From Bacilli bacterium (GTDB lineage: Bacteria; Bacillota_I; Bacilli_A; RFN20; CAG-826), in assembly GCA_050952805.1 (NCBI GenBank), contig JBMNLM010000001.1, positions 285,741 through 349,740 of the forward strand: a stretch of DNA of 64,000 nucleotides, read 5' to 3'. The position numbers were made by a program, and so were the translations under genes. The notes under the pieces were generated by a model. The model worked only from the letters and a program-made list of their open reading frames with translations. It was not told the origin of the DNA and ran no database searches. Shown here piece by piece: positions 62,956 through 64,000 of this stretch (positions within the stretch are counted from its first letter, which is position 1; each line of letters opens with the position of its first letter).

Positions 62956-63031
62956 TGGTGGACCCTATAGGATTCGAACCTATAACCGACCGGTTATGAG
63001 CCGGGAGCTCTGACCGTTGAGCTAAGGGTCC
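62956..63031 (-). tRNA. tRNA-Ile2(CAT)
   Basis: GGACCCT acceptor as in Bacillus tRNA-Ile2; CT CAT AA loop; position between Met and Ser. Confidence 0.88.
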
Positions 63032-63038
63032 GTTTAGA

Positions 63039-63115
63039 TGGTAGCTGCGGAGGGATTTGAACCCCCGACCTAACGGGTATGAACCGTGCGCTCTAGCCAA
63101 CTGAGCTACGCAGCC
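63039..63115 (-). tRNA. Elongator tRNA-Met(CAT)
   Basis: TT CAT AC loop; body resembles Bacillus elongator Met. Confidence 0.9.
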
Positions 63116-63130
63116 ATCTCTCTATAAAGT

Positions 63131-63206
63131 TGGTGGAGCCAAGGAGGATCGAACTCCCGACCTCCTGGTTGCAAACCAGGCGCTCTCCCAGCTGAGCTAT
63201 GGCCCC
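63131..63206 (-). tRNA. tRNA-Ala(TGC)
   Basis: GGGGCCA acceptor with G3:U70; TT TGC AA loop. Confidence 0.97.
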
Positions 63207-63216
63207 ATAAAATAAA

Positions 63217-63293
63217 TGGTCGGGATGACAGGATTTGAACCTGCGACCTTCTGGTCCCAAACCAGACGCACTGCCAAGCTGTGCTACATCCCG
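63217..63293 (-). tRNA. tRNA-Pro(TGG)
   Basis: CGGGATG acceptor; TT TGG GA loop. Confidence 0.97.
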
Positions 63294-63409
63294 TTAGCGT
63301 AAATAATGTTATCAAAAGTTATTAAAGTAAGCAATAAAAAGAACAATTTATTTGTTTGATTATCATAAAAAGTTTGTATTACCTTTAAATTTAGAGTAAA
63401 TACCTGAAA

Positions 63410-63595
63410 TTAAACTAATTCTGTATCAATTATTAATGAGTCTTCTTCTACCTCAGATGTATCTTCTTTTGGTTTTGAAAATCTCGTTTTAAAATCTTCA
63501 TACATTTCTTTTGCTTCATCTGAATATACTACTCCTACTGAAAACGTGCCAATACCAAAAGCAAGCACGAGTAATCCCTTTAAAATCTTTCCCAT
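63410..63595 (-). CDS. Small single-TM protein, 61 aa
   Basis: RBS AGGAG; N-terminal hydrophobic helix, acidic tail. Confidence 0.65.
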   Translation of the reverse strand: MGKILKGLLVLAFGIGTFSVGVVYSDEAKEMYEDFKTRFSKPKEDTSEVEEDSLIIDTELV

Positions 63596-63727
63596 AATAC
63601 TACTTCTCCTTTTAAAGTGATTAAAAAATTGTTTAGATTAATCTTACTTGTATTATACACATTACTAAGTTTAAAGGGAGAACAAAAAGGCCTTGAGACA
63701 CTTTCTCAAAGCCTTTTTATTATAATA

Positions 63728-63804
63728 TGGCACGCCCGACAAGAATCGAACTCGTAGCCTCTAGATTCGAAGTCTAGCGCTCTATCCAGTTGAGCTACGG
63801 GCGC
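63728..63804 (-). tRNA. tRNA-Arg(TCG)
   Basis: GCGCCCG acceptor; CTAGA-CT TCG AA-TCTAG; CCA. Confidence 0.95.
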
Positions 63805-63870
63805 ATATAAATGTAAAGCGTAATATTTTTAATTACGCTTTACTATTATAAACAAAACTTAAAAAGTTTG

Positions 63871-64000
63871 TTAATTAAAGATTGACTTATCATAGTCGCG
63901 TTTCTTATTAAGTTCTTTATCTTCATCCGTGAGCGGTGGATGATAAAACTTCTTTCGTATAGAAGTTTTTTCAATTGGTTTATCAAAGATGTAAAGAAGT
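63871..64000 (-). CDS. 3' end of unidentified CDS truncated by window edge
   Basis: Open frame LLYIFDKPIEK...DKSIFN* followed by a hairpin at ~63813-63841. Confidence 0.55.
   Translation of the reverse strand, partial: LLYIFDKPIEKTSIRKKFYHPPLTDEDKELNKKRDYDKSIFN

Noticed and set aside
62775-63315. ORFs 62775-62999 (+) and 63106-63315 (-)
   Set aside because: They overlap well-formed tRNA genes and are spurious translations.

Overview
A 64 kb chromosomal window from a low-GC bacterium using genetic code 11 (TGA is stop, TGG is Trp). The gene content (BspA-like LRR lipoproteins, Sel1 proteins, large Ig-like surface proteins, nucleotide salvage enzymes, CCA-encoding tRNAs) suggests an uncultured Bacilli lineage; this is inference. 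About 55 CDS and 12 tRNAs are supported. Housekeeping genes include rqcH-like, ppa, glpK, pepP, trxA, rdgB, eno, rbr, hpt, prs, upp, copA-csoR and sdaA. The main accessory element is an ~11.4 kb defence-like island (48122-59514) next to the 3' end of tRNA-His. It encodes C5 methylase - MORC/GHKL ATPase - Z1 helicase-like - DUF4420-like PD-(D/E)XK nuclease (Mza/MORC-RM-like core, no AIPR seen), then a DUF2075 nuclease-helicase broken by one in-frame TAA, then a membrane-anchored metallophosphoesterase. That phosphoesterase's first ~89 aa are a diverged copy of the N-terminus of the NERD nuclease at the other end of the island. The conserved Arg-Pro-Ala-Met-Ile-Ser-fMet-Asp-Phe tRNA operon is present in colinear order but split into four separately transcribed pieces over ~44 kb. 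Its Arg tRNA has anticodon UCG and its initiator tRNA has C33. Also present: a frameshifted yigZ, two unannotated small ORFs, several leaderless genes, two candidate sRNAs and tandem paralog arrays. No integrase, transposase, rRNA or CRISPR array was seen.
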